A stretch of 64,000 nt of DNA from Camelus ferus (lineage: Eukaryota): NCBI RefSeq assembly GCF_009834535.1, contig NC_045697.1, positions 98,148,001 to 98,212,000 on the forward strand. The letters are read 5' to 3'. Positions 24,501-37,380 of the stretch are shown here, piece by piece; positions within the stretch are counted from its first letter, which is position 1, and each line of letters begins with the position of its first letter. A program made the translations under genes and the position numbers. The notes below the pieces were generated by a model. The model saw only the letters and a list, made by a program, of their open reading frames with translations, did no database searches and was not told where the DNA came from.

Positions 24501-25524
24501 AGTATCAAAGACATAGAGCATCTGGATCCAATGTCACGTAGGAGGCACTGTGTATGCTCACTCTTAGAAGCTGACAACCTCTCCTCTGAATTGTTGAATT
24601 TCCTTAAGTTTGTGATTGATGACCTCACTGTAGTAGGGCATGATAAGTTTTATGTTATCTTAATCTATGTAAATATTCATGTCAAATATCAAGAAATGTA
24701 AATCTTTTCCCAATGTGTTCGTATGATTCATTCCTCTTCATTATTTAAATTATCAAAAATCTAAGACCTTATCCATTATCTCGACCTAAAATGAATCTCT
24801 TCCCTTAAGTTAATTACTGTTTTGGGTGTGATTTTTTTTAATGCTATACCATAATTTTTAATATTCCATCTTATCTAAATGTTTTCTTAGCTCTTCAAAA
24901 GTTATATCTAAAAGAAAACAAAAAAAAAAGGATTTACTGAAATGTTACAAAACATTTCTCTAAAATTCACTTCAAATGAAGTATATGGGCTTTATCAATT
25001 GTTTTAAATAAAGGGTTTTTTTTCCCCTATCTATGTTTTGTTTGGGTTTCTCTTTCGAGTGTCCTTAATATTAATAAACCCAAGCTGCCAGGCTGAAACC
25101 ACTTTAAAGTTCAAACCATCCCATTACCCAAGACCTCTAAAGACAAACCCCAGTCAGTATATGTGTTTAAAATTTTCTATCCAAGCAATGAACTAGGAAA
25201 GAAAAAAGGGCAAACTGTTTTTACTAGTGAGGTTAGAAACTGCATCTTTACCCTTGTATACGCAACCCAATTTTGACAGTGCATGGTGCAGTGGGTGGGG
25301 AGGGGCACATGTTTCAGGGATAAATTGAGCCACTATGATGCATGCAAAATACAGTGTTAGCAAGAGGAGGCAATTAACTCATCCCGCCAAGATGAAAAGA
25401 GGGACCAAGAAAAGCTTTGGAAATTTCTGTAATAAAATGTCATTTAGGAGGAATATTGTACGCATTTCCAATTCATTTTTTTCTACCTTAATCTGATTTC
25501 TCCTTCCTAAATTTGGGAGAATAT

Positions 25525-25830
25525 TGTGGAAGGCTATACCTGCCTCTCATAACAGAAGCAAAAAGGCCAGCTATATGCTTTCCCTACCTCCAGGAGTCTA
25601 GAGTACAGGAATATAACCTAAGCTTTGCCAGACTGGCAAATCAATAAAGACTTGCATCAGGAATTTGTGACAAGAATCCATCCCAGGAAATGGCAAGAGT
25701 ATCTATTGTCCAGTGGCAGAGGGCCAGTTATGATGGGGTGGTTCCCAAGGTATGCAGTGGTGGTGGTGGTACCAGGGCCATAATTCACTGTCAAGCAGAA
25801 TCTCTGGAGCTGCAGAGCTATATAGAAGTG
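25525..25830. mobile_element. Degenerate ERVL-class LTR fragment (LTR16-like)
   Basis: 'ctttccctacctcc...agagtacaggaatataacctaagctttgcca' plus GT-rich 'gtggcagagg...gtggtggtgg' tracts; weak match. Confidence 0.35.
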
Positions 25831-26770
25831 TATTTAGCCTCCCTTCCTTTGTCTCTATGACAACACACTCCCTCTCCTGTTTTCCCTTTGTCTTCTTTGA
25901 TGACACCCTCTCCTGTGGTCCTGCTGTCCCCATGTCTACCCATTTCTTCTCTGCCACCTTTGAAGGCTCTTTCTGATTTCATCAGCCTTTAAATATTAGA
26001 TCTTCAAGGTTCATCCTTAGGCCTTCTTTCCTCCCTCTACAATCTCCCACTGGCCAACCTCCTCCACCTCTCTGTACCCCCATTCCAGGTACCATCACTT
26101 TCATCAAGCTCAGACCACAACAGTAACATCCTTCCTGTCCTCTCAGATCCACTCCTTATGCCTCCTACTGTAGAACAGCTGTAGAACGGCAATTATAAAA
26201 ATTACCCAATTACCCAGCCTCTGTAATCCAATCTCTATATTAAACCAGAGTTGACTTTCCAAGTGGCAATCACAACACTCCTCTGCTGTATAAACCCTTG
26301 TTAGATTCCCATTGCCTTTAAAATAAATACCAACATCCTTATTGTGGTCTAGAAAGCTCTGCGGAGCCTTGCTCCTGCCTACCCTCCAAATACATAACGT
26401 GATCCTTATCTTTTGATGAAACCAACCCAACCCCTCCCCACCAACACTCCCTTCAATGAACTATTCCTTTCATTTTTTCAAGTCTCAGTTCCAGTATAAT
26501 GTCCTACAGAAAGTCCTCCCTAACCCAGACCAAGTCTGATCTCTGCTTAAGTGTTCTTATAGAACCAAATACCATTGCTTCATAAGACTTCTCATTTGGA
26601 ATTATACATCTGGGTATGCAATGATCAGATTTGATATCTAAATCCCCAAAAAATGGTAAGAAGTCTGAGGAATGGACCCCATTTTGTGGTTGATGTTCAC
26701 CATCACGTTCCAATGAGTGCATAGTACAGACCCAGAGAAGTTTTCAATAAACATGTTGAAGGAGCAAGTG
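25830..26770 (+). mobile_element. L2 LINE fragments
   Basis: 'ttcccattgcctttaaaataaataccaacatcctt' and 'tcaataaacatgttgaaggagcaagtgaa'. Confidence 0.6.
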
Positions 26771-28329
26771 AAAAAAGTTTCATATTTAAAGAATTTAATA
26801 CTAATTTGTTAATATCACCCAATTCTCCCACTCTCCCCATGCTTAAGACCTGGAAGCTGTCACTGACTCCTCCTTCCCTCTATCCATTATTTAATCATCC
26901 AGTCTCACCGTTCTTATTTGGAAATGTTCTCCTTCATTTTCACTTTATAATGATACTGTCCACATGCTAGTACAGACATCATGTTTGCAGAAACAAATTT
27001 TTATAATTGCCGTTCTACATGCTTGAGATGCTTTTTCTCATAGTGCATCCCACATATTGCCGCAAAATTTTGTATGCATCCCAGAAGTAAGTAAAATATC
27101 TATTATATGTTTATGGTGATAAGTATCAGGGAGGCCATTAGAGTTTCTGACTTTTTAACAGCTGGTTTCTTAACTGAATCATCCTAGTTCATCAAAGCCT
27201 GCAGTCAATGTACCTAAATAACTTCAGTTCCCAAATGTTCCCAACATAAAGTACCACCTTTTGCTAGGAGAGTCTAATCACTTTCTAATTAGCATAAATT
27301 ATGGTTCCTTTCTCTTCTTGTCTCAAATTGCTCTCACTTCCTAGAATGTCTTCTTCCTGTTTTGACTACAGAAAACTATAACCAACATTCGTCTTAGGCC
27401 TCACTCAGCCCAAACCCTCATAATCTTCAAATGACACAAAATTGTAAATGAAAGCAATTCCTGCTTTTACTCTTTTCCACCAAGGGGCAAGATGGATGGC
27501 AGAGGTAAGACGAAAAGATACTCAATACACTGCAAAACATGATAAAACCCTTTCTACTACTTCTAATATCCAATTCTTTCTCTCCCTTCCTTCCAAGTTT
27601 CAACCCAAAACATTTTCTAAATTCAGCCCCTAATTCTTCACTTTCCTCCCTTGTCCTGATTTGAATTTGCCTACCTTTTCCCTGATAGTGAGTCCTAATA
27701 GATTATTATTTATATTATAAATCTTTTTGATTCTTCTGTTTATCTGGATTGACATCAGGCACTATGTGAGTGAGTAGTGAGACACAGAAGCCTGAATATT
27801 CTTACATGAATAATTTTTTTCCCTGTTCCATAATTATAGATCCTTAAAACTGAGCCTTAAAGAATTATTTCTTCCATAAAAACCTCTCTGATGGTTTCAT
27901 CATTTACTTTATATACTTACATAATTAAGTTCTACATCACAAAATTTTTAGCTCTTAAATACACACTCAATGATCACATTTTAAAGCTGGAAAATTTTTT
28001 GGAGATCATCTAGTTTAATTCCTTTCTTTCGCAGATAAGAAAATGAAAGAAAATGAAAACTGTGTTTCTCAACCATTTACAGATGCATGTTGTATTATCT
28101 CTCACTAGAATCAGGTACCCAGAAGTTGAAGAGTTGTGTATGCTTTCCTATCTCCCTCAGCCCAGTGCATGCTACTGGGTACCAAGTAATTAAATACCTA
28201 TTTAATACCTAAATTGAATAAATAAAAGATCCAACGTCAAGAAAGTTACAAAAAAGGGAATCATTTGCTCAAATTCAATTTCAAATAAGGAAACCAGCTG
28301 TCTATTAAACTATAACAGACCTATAGAAA

Positions 28330-28995
28330 ATCACATAAATAGTAAGTGAATAGGTTGATGAGTTGTAAACTAAGTAAACACATCTGTGTAACCAGCACCC
28401 ATAGCGGGATGCAGAAATTTACAAGGACCCCAAATCTTCCTTGTGCTCCCTTCCAGTCATCACCCTCCACAGGAAAATACTATCCTGACTAGTTAAACAC
28501 GGATCAGTATCATTAGATTAGAGTTCAACTTCACAGGAATGGAATGGCATGAGTTAGTGTATGAAGTACGACTGCACTAAGTGCTCTTTAGAGTCAGTTT
28601 TCTTTTGAACAAATGTCTGTGAGATCCAACCATGTTGCCATTTATAATTCCTATTTCTTCACTCTGATTGCTGAGTAATCTAAAAATACTACCATTTATT
28701 TATTCCTTGCATTGTTGATGAACATATGTATTCTTTTTGGCTCTATTTATAAATAGTGCTGCTGTAGATGTTTTTGTTTGCATGTAACTATATATTTCTG
28801 TCAGAAACATACTTGAGTGTGGAAGTGCTGGTTCACAGGGTAAATACATGTTCAGCTTTAATACATATTTGGAAATAGTCTTCTAAAATGGTTGTACCAA
28901 TTTATACTCCTACTTTCAGTGTATGAGAGTTCGAATTGCTTGGATCTCCACCAATACTTGGCATCATCATCTTTTAGTCATTCTAGTCGTACACA
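28330..28995 (-). mobile_element. Old L1 (L1ME-like) 3' region
   Basis: Antisense motifs 'ataaatagtgctgctgtaga', 'gtgctggttcacagggta' and 'tggttgtaccaatttatactcc'. Confidence 0.75.
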
Positions 28996-29214
28996 TAATT
29001 TATAAATATTTGCATCTAGTCAAAATTTAATGAAAACATTTTTTAATGTGGGACATTTTAAAAATAAAAGTCCTCATGATTTAAGAATTTGCTTTAAATT
29101 GAACTCCTTGTAATCAAGGAAACCTGATCATCTGCTATCATATTATGTGAAGGATGGTTGGATGGACTGATATACTGACAATGGTGTCAACACATATTAT
29201 GATAGTCATTAGAG

Positions 29215-29450
29215 GCAAATTAGCATAATGGTTAAGAGCCAAGCTCTGAACATAGACCATCTAAAATACATGTTGGATACCCCACTTATTAGTTGTGTGA
29301 TCTTGAACAATTTACCTAAATATGTTTGCCTTATATTCTCCATCTACCAAATGCTAATAACAATAGTATATGCTTCATAAAATTGTTAGAATTAAATGAA
29401 CTGATATATAAAGTACTAAGGATAATGAGGAAGTGGTGAATTAATATTAA
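29215..29450 (+). mobile_element. MIR SINE
   Basis: 'tagcataatggttaagagc...ccacttattagttgtgtgatcttgaacaattta'. Confidence 0.65.
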
Positions 29451-29494
29451 TTGTTTTTATCACATCTAAGCCTATATGAGATTGTTTACATACA

Positions 29495-29714
29495 CAGCTG
29501 ATCCTTGAACAACATCATAGGTTTGAACTGTGTGGGTCCACTTACATGCAGATTTTTCTCTGTAGTAAATACTACGCTACAACAGAACCCAAGGCTGGCT
29601 GAATACCAGGATGAGGAACCACAGACAGAGAGGGTCAACTATAAAGTTACACACAGATTTTTGACTGCTCAGAGATCAGTGCCCCTGGCCCCCATGTTGT
29701 TCAAGGGTCAACTG
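29495..29714. mobile_element. Tigger2-derived (TcMar) MITE
   Basis: Terminal inverted repeats cagctgatccttgaacaacat (from 29495) and atgttgttcaagggtcaactg (to 29714); TA on the right, CA on the left. Confidence 0.85.
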
Positions 29715-29863
29715 TACACACATTTTTACAGCCATTACCTGAACTTGTGTGAATTAACTGGAATTCACACTTCTTTCCCCAGAATTCACCCTTCTTTCCC
29801 CTATTCTAATTACACACCTCGGAAAAACATCATGTGTTAGAAGGAAGGAAAGAAAGAAAAAAA

Positions 29864-30956
29864 GCATTTGTGAATTTTTGAATGATGGCCATTGTGACTG
29901 GTGTGAGGTGGTACCTCATCATAGTTTTGATTTGCATTTCTTTGATAATTAGTGATATTGAGCACTTTTTCATGTGCCTATTGATCATTTGTATTTCTTC
30001 CTTGGAGAATTGCTTGTTTAGGTCTTCTGCCCATTTTTGGATTGGGTTGTTTGTTTTTTTCTTATTAAGTCATATGAGCTGCTTATATATTCTGGAGATG
30101 AAGCCTTTGTCAGTTTCATTTGCAAAAATTTTTTCCCATTCTGTAGGTTGTCTTTTTGTTTTACTTATGGTTTCCTTTGCTGGCAGAAGCTTGTAAAAAT
30201 CCACAAATGACAAATGCTGGAGAGGCTGTGGAGAAAAGGGAACCCTCCTGCACTGCTGGTGGGAATGCAGTTTGGTGCAGCCACTGTGGAAAACAGTATG
30301 GAGATTCCTCAAAAGACTAGGAATAGACTTACCATATGACCCAGGAATCCGGCTCCTGGGCATATATCCAGAAGGAACCCTACTTCAAAAAGGCACCTGC
30401 ACCCCAGTGTTCATAGCTATTTTCAATAGCCGAGACATGGAAACGGCCTCAATGTCCATCAACCATGACTGGATAAAGAAGATCTGGTATATTTATACAA
30501 TGGAATACTACTCAGCCATAAAAACTGACAACATAACACCATTTGCAGCAACATGGATGCTCCTGGAGAATGTCATTCTAAGTGAAAGAGAAAAAAATAC
30601 CATATGAGATCGCTCATATGTGGAATCTAAAACAAAAACAAAAACAAAAACAAAAACAAAACAAAAGCATAAATACAGAACAGAAATAGACTCATAGACA
30701 TAGAATACACACTCGTGGTTGCCAAGGGGGTGGGTGGTGGGAAGGGATAGACTGGGATTTCAAAATTGTAGAATAGATAAACAAGATTATACTGTATAGC
30801 ACAGGGAAATATATACAAGATCTTATGGTAGCTCACAGAGAAAAAAATGTGACAATGAATATATCTATGTTCATGTATAACAGAAAAATTGTGCTCTACA
30901 CTGGAATTTGACACATCATAAAACGATTATAAATCAATAAAAAATGTTAAAAGAAA
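29864..30956 (+). mobile_element. Young L1, 5'-inverted (inverted part 29864-~30196, forward part ~30195-30956)
   Basis: High identity to the 3' end of the full-length element; TSD gaaagaaagaaaaaaa at 29848-29863 and 30957-30972. Confidence 0.93.
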
Positions 30957-32249
30957 GAAAGAAAGAAAAAAACAAGGAAGGAAGGAAGGAAAAGAATAGA
31001 GTAATATAAATACAGTTACTCTAAACTTCAACTTATATTTGCCTAGACTATTTTGCCAAGTGAATTTTAAAAAAAGAAAAATATTACAGAACACATTTAA
31101 GTCAACTTGCCCAAACTCCCCAATTTCAAATAAAGAAAATGAAGCCTGGAGATGTTAAGTACTTTGCACAAGACCACGTATCAAATTAGTAATAAATATA
31201 AAGCCTATAAAATAGTAACCCTAAACACAGTCCTCAGGTACTTCTCCAATACAGCCTCCCTCATCTGGAGCAAGATTTAAGATGCTAAATCAATTAGAGT
31301 CTATAGATCAAGGTCAGAATAATAAAATACATTCAGAGCTGCTTGGGAAGGAAGATAAAAAGTTATCATTAATTGAAAATGTATACATATTTTATCATCA
31401 AAACTCAAATTTATCTTTCAAGATTTTAAATAATGTATAAATGATTTATGAAGTACATAAAGACAAATTTATATCATTCCACTGAATTAATGAAAAACTG
31501 AGAATCAATCACATTGCTTAATACAAAATACTATATAAAGTTTGGCAAATCTGCTATTTCCAAAGATAATTGATATCTCTCTCAATTCTGAAAGATAACA
31601 CCATTCATATTCTTTTAAATTATTTACATTTACTTTCAGTGGGATCTCAAGTGAATTAGATTAAACAAAGATCATTGATTTTTATTCTTTTGGAATTAAT
31701 GGAAGACACTATTGCAAAATTCTTTGTTTTCATGGAGTGTTTGTTTTACAGAGTGAAATTACATTTACAAAAATGGAAGCTAAGTATTAGCAATGGTCAA
31801 ACTCTCTCGAAAGCTCTAACAATTTTTTATATTGATCAGGATATGAACCAACTAATAACCATGTAGTTTATTCAAATAACTTTGTCTTCATCCCAGAAAC
31901 AGGCCATAAACAAATCTACTGCAAATCCATCCTTAGGAAGAAAGATTTCAGTAAGAACATAAGTTTCAGTGCTTTATCCCCAGCAACTCTGTCCTATTTA
32001 AATATCCTCCATCTTTTATCTCCACAGCTATTAGCATCTGGCGTGATTTATTCATTCATGAAATTTACTGATAGAACACAATTCCTTTCAGAGCTCAAAT
32101 GGGATAAAAACAAACTGACAATCTATTCATTAGCAAGATTCTAGTCTTTAAGGAAGTACTCATGAGACAAGAGCATGGCACATTTAACTTGCTGACAGAC
32201 TGACTAGATGTACAACACAGTAGTTAACACTATTTATATGGTCTTTTTT

Positions 32250-33470
32250 CCCCAATATTTTATTATAAAAATTTTCAAACCTTTCAAGTAAGCTTGAAAG
32301 AATTGTATGATAATCACCTATACTTTACCATCTAGGCTCTATAGTTGTTCATTTGTCTTCATAATTGTCTTATCATATATCTAGCCAGCTATCCAACCAT
32401 AAAACTTACCAAAAAGTAAGTTTACTTTTTGATGTATTTCAAAGTACATTGTAGATACCATTACCCATTACTCGAAAACTTTTCAATACAGTTTTTTTTT
32501 TTTTTTACTCTGGGGTTTTAAGTTAAAATTTTATGTTCTGTGAAATGGAAATGCACAAATCTTAAGTTCACCATTAGAGAAGTTGTGAGAAATGTAACCC
32601 AAGTAACCAAAATCACTATCCATCACCTCAGTAAGTTCCCTCATGCTGCTTCCCAGTCAATTTCTACCCTATATACACAGAGGCAACCACTGTTCTTTTT
32701 CATCACAGATTAGTTTTACCTAACATAGATCATCACATAAATGGAATAATACAGTATTCACTCTTGTGTAGGGTTCTTTTACTCAGCATGACATCACTTT
32801 ATGCATCAAAAGTGCATTTCTTTGTTTGGGATTAATGGACAGAAACTACTGTATATAAAATAGAAAAACAACAAGGTCCTACTGTACAGCACAGAGAACT
32901 ATATTCAATACCCTGTAATTAACTATAATGGGAAAGAATCTGAAAAACAGTATGTGTGTGTGTATATATATATATGAATCTGAATCACTATGCTTTACAC
33001 CAGAAACTAAGACAACATTGTAAACCAACTATAGTTCAATAGAAAATAAAAATTAAAAGGAAAAAAGAAGTGCATTCCTTTACATTCCACTGTATTTTTA
33101 TAATATCCAATTGCCTTCTGATGGCTAGTTCAGACACCATTCTAATATTCTAATTCTAATATTCTAATATTTCTATTAGAAATAGCCATGAGCTATTCCT
33201 TCATTCTTACATGTCCTTTTTGTGAATGGATGCTTCATTTCTTCTGGGTAAACTACCAGAAGTGAAACTGCTGGGTCATTCACAAATATCTGTTTAATTT
33301 GTTTAAGTGGAAAAAAAAAAAAAAAAAAAAACCTTCCAGAACTGTTTTCCAAAGTGACAATACCATTTTACATAGGCTCCAATAACATAAGAGTGTTCTG
33401 ATTTATCCACATCCTTATCAACACGATGTTGTCACACGGTCTTTTAAAAATGCAACTAAATAGATCATAG
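32250..33470 (-). mobile_element. Old L1 (L1ME-like) 3' region, interrupted by a younger L1 fragment
   Basis: 'gcacaaatcttaag', 'cagaggcaaccactgttct', 'cagaactgttttccaaagtgacaataccatttta'. Confidence 0.7.
32824..33067 (+). mobile_element. 5'-truncated L1 3'UTR with TSD
   Basis: 'aacaacaaggtcctactgtacagcacagagaactatattcaata'; TSD aagtgcatttcttt (32810-32823) and aagtgcattccttt (33068-33081). Confidence 0.88.
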
Positions 33471-34039
33471 TTTCTTTTAAATATGGCACATCATAGCACT
33501 TTTTCCTAGTTTCATGAGATATAATTGGGTTGAAGAGGTTCAGTGTTAAGATAAAACTATGGTAACCACATGCAGTAGTTTTACTAAGTATCAAAATAAC
33601 TGGGTCATATAAGCAAAGGCATCTCAACTTTTCTGAGAGTCTAAATGCCTTCCCTCTCTCAACTGCAGCTCCTTGAAGATCAGTTTTTTATTATTCCTTG
33701 TAACCCTAATTCTCCAAAAATGTCTGTTGAATTGATTTCAGCAGTATATAGAAATCATGGCTGGGTTAAATACAGACACAAAGTTCCATGAGAGAAACAG
33801 GTCTGTGGGGCCCCAGTATCTTTGCAGTGCCCAGTGTAAAGTCCTCAGTAAGGATTTTCTCATGAATAAAGTACCATCTGACAGATACCCCTAACCATTC
33901 TTCCTCCAATTCTCTCATTTACTAGAAACATGGTGACAGCTTCTCAAGGTTTCTTTGAAGATTGACACAACATATGTAAAAAGTATCTAACACAATGTCA
34001 GGGACTTACTACACACTCGGCAAATGACTTCTTGAACTG

Positions 34040-35000
34040 CTTTTCATAATACTACCCTGAGGTCTAACTTGGTTTCCTTTCTTTCCTGCTTACATAATCT
34101 TTACTTCTGAAATCTCATTCAATCTCATAGCTTCCGTTCTCATGATTAACCCTGATGTCACCTCTAGTGCTGTGTTCCTGAAAGACTGCTGGACATCATA
34201 TCCACACTGGATGGTAAAACTCACCATGTTTTCAAACTCAATGTGTCTAAAACCAAATGCACTCATCTTGTTTCTAATGGAACCACCACACACCCAAGCA
34301 ATTCCTAAACATCCTTGACATTTTCCCCTCCCTCTCCTCTCCCCGTCCCTTCCTCCCCTCTTTCCTCCTCCTGCCCTCTCCCCTCCTCCTCTTTCTCCTT
34401 CTTCTTCAGACATTTGTTGTCAAAACCAGTGAACTCTCCCTATTGTGACATACATTTATACTTTATTCCCTTCCCTCTTCCATCCCAAATGCCAATACTC
34501 TAATTCAGATCATTACCTACCTCTGAACCGTAGTAATGAAATGGCACCCCAACAAAGTTCCCAGTCCCCAGTCTCTCCCTATCTTTAATATATTTGGCAG
34601 TTTGCCACAATCTCCTTAGAGCATTGCTAAAATCATTTGCTCAGCCCTCAAAAACCTCCCATGGTTTCCCATTGCCTGTGGAATAAATTCAGATCACTTC
34701 AACCAACATTCAGATTCTCCTCCCCACCCAACCCTTGCAATTTCATTTCCCCCTACTCTCTTAAACCTTAGTCAAAAAACATCAGAAGCTGTTGCCCATA
34801 AATGATCTATCACTCCATCACGTCATAACTACTAACATTGGCACTTGTGCCAGAAATGCATCTTCCCTTATCTCCAGCCTAAATTCTACCCTTCACTCCA
34901 GACCTACAGAAAATGTCATAAATCCTTCCATGAACCACTAATGAAACAACCTCATTTTTCTCCTGCCCAAGTTAATACTGTATTTATGCTTAGACTATGG
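34040..35000 (+). mobile_element. L2 LINE fragments
   Basis: 'tcaaactcaatgtgtctaaaaccaaat', 'aaaacctccccatggtttcccattgcctgtggaataaattc'. Confidence 0.65.
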
Positions 35001-35064
35001 TATTTATCCTGTCCTGTCTTATGTAAAGAGCTGTATGCCACTGACTCATTAAATGGTGAGGTTG

Positions 35065-35290
35065 GCTAGTACAGTGAACTTCTATATGCTTTTGAGTCAA
35101 GCAGTCAGAGGTCCAAGTCCTAACTCAGCTACTCACTAGCTAACTGACCTTAAGCAAGGTAGTTAACTTTAGGCATATTATCTGTAAAAGCAGGGATACA
35201 TTTAACTTCACCTATAATTGTAAAGCTTAATTGTGCATATCAAGTGTGTACTACAAAGCTGACATTCAGAGAGTAGCAGGTATTTTTTTC
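35065..35290 (+). mobile_element. MIR SINE
   Basis: 'tccaagtcctaactcagctactcactagctaactgaccttaagcaag'. Confidence 0.55.
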
Positions 35291-36399
35291 AAGTTTCACA
35301 TGTGCCAGTGATTTCACAAGTTAATCTCACTCAGTGCTCACAGCAATGCCATCAAATAGGCTTAATGCCATTTAGCATTTGAAGAAGCTGGGATCAAGTC
35401 TCATGCATAGAAAGGGACAGATGGACAGCCTGCTCTCTATTCATTTTATATTCCTCATTAGCAACATGCCATGTACATAATACATACTCAGTTAACAACA
35501 AGAACAACAACAACAAAAAACAGTGAGCAAGTGCTTTGAAGTGTTCAGAAACAAACAAGAAAAATTTACTGATCAAAAGCAAATGAGAAAGTAGCTAACC
35601 TAGTAAATCTATCACAGTTAACGTTTTACGTTACATTTCTTTATGATGTGAAAAAAAATCAGGACATGTATTTAAAAGTGGTTCTAAATTTGGAAGTCGG
35701 CCTGAGAAAAGAGGACAGAAATAGTGAAATAACATTCCGCTGTAGACAAAGCAAACTTCATTTATCTTACGTAAGATAATCCAAAACACCTGGAAGGTAG
35801 TAATGACCGAAAAAAGACCTGGAGAAAAGAAAGGATAACAGATGATATACGGGATTACATTACAGTAGAGAAACAGGAGAGGGTAAAAAAAAAAAAAAGT
35901 CTAATGTAATTTTGCCGTAAGCTCAGTGGAATCATGATACTGAACAGAATTTCACCTAGAAAGCTCTGGTCAGTTCTAGATATCATGGTATGTAATAGTT
36001 GTAAAACACTGGAGGCAATTCCAAGGAAGGTAATAAAAGTGAGCCCAAGAAGAGTTGGATGTGGGCTGAATCCACACGATGCTTCTGTGCACAAGTGGAC
36101 TGTAAAACGCAGTCCAAGCCATTTACGTCCATTAACACAGCAGCAGAGAAAAGATCAGCTTGAAGAATCAGTTTTGCGAACGTCTACATTTCTGCACTGG
36201 AAACTTGTTACATCCTTGAAAAATCAGTTGACAGTCTCTTTTCAGAACTAAAAATCTAGAGGAAATGGGCCACCTTTCAGTCTTCTCTAGATACGGGACG
36301 AGTAAGCTCAGATTTTGTTTCCAATGAAAGTTTTATCCACACACTAGCAGTGGGCCAAGTGGGCAAATTAACATTAACAAGGAGAGGGTGAGCATCTGG

Positions 36400-36645
36400 C
36401 TAACGAGAAGGTATCGTCCTCTAACAGTCAAGAGACTGGGTTCTCCAACTACGTGCCTGCGTTCAAATCGCAGCTCTGCTAAACTTTTAGCTATGTTAGC
36501 CTTGGGCAAACTACTCAACTTTGCTAAAACTCAGTTTACTCAAACAGATCTAATAATAGCACTGACCACTGAGGGAGGTAATAAAGATTAAATGAACTAA
36601 TACAGCTGGTGCATGTAGATAGTATTCATTAAGTGTTAGTTATTA
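36400..36645 (+). mobile_element. MIR SINE
   Basis: 'gcctgcgttcaaatcgcagctctgc...ccttgggcaaactactcaac...ctcagttt'. Confidence 0.6.
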
Positions 36646-36887
36646 TGTGTTTTCAAAGAGCAGGCTTGAAATCAAATGATAAAGGGAAGATTAGAGGAAA
36701 CTGTCAAAATTTACAGTCAGAAATTTGGGGATCAAATTGGAGTCTTAAGACTTACTGGATGTGTGACCTATGAAGTGTCCTTGCTCTCTGTGCCTCAGTT
36801 TCCTCAGATGTGATAATTCTTCTATTATTATCAAATTATTTTTATGATGATCAAATTATATAAAAGAAGGAAGGCTATAAAAGACTG

Positions 36888-37360
36888 TTTATACAGCAGA
36901 ATACTACTCAGCCACCAGGAAGAATAAAATAATGTCATTTGCAGCAACATGGATGGACTTGGAGATTGTCATTCTAAGTGAAATAAGCCAGAAAGAGAAA
37001 GAAAAATACCATATGATACCACTTATATATGGAATCTAAAAAAAGAAAAAAGACAAATGAACTTATTTGCAAAACAGATACAGACTCTCAGATATAGAGA
37101 ATAAACTTGTGGTTACCAGAGGGGAAGAGGGGTGGGAGCAGATAAATTGGGAGCTAGAGATTTGCAGATACTAACTGATATATAAAGAATAAACAACAAA
37201 TTCATGCTGTATAGCACAGGGAACTGTATTTGATATCTTGTAGTACCTTATGGTGAAAGAGAATATAAAAAGACATATGTATATGTCTATGTATGACTGA
37301 AGCATTGTGCTATACATCAGAAATTGACACAACATTGTAAGCTGACTATACTTCAATTAC
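36888..37360 (+). mobile_element. 5'-truncated L1 3' end, followed by a (CA)n run to ~37379
   Basis: Same 3'UTR type as 14419-14950 ('gataaattgggagctagagatttgcagatactaact'); no TSD found. Confidence 0.88.
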
Positions 37361-37380
37361 ATATACACACACACACACAA

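Noticed and set aside
24404..24701. Overlapping short ORFs, an acceptor-like 'ctctctttactgttccag' and an inverted CCAAT box
   Set aside because: No recognisable protein and no convincing donor; not enough for a gene or promoter call.
29761..29802. Short direct repeat (gaattcacacttctttcccc twice); similar ones near 33140-33175 and 61505-61535
   Set aside because: Two-copy slippage duplications without spacers; not CRISPR-like and no sign of function.
36096..36116. Hairpin tggactg-N7-cagtcca
   Set aside because: A 7-bp stem is expected many times by chance in 64 kb.
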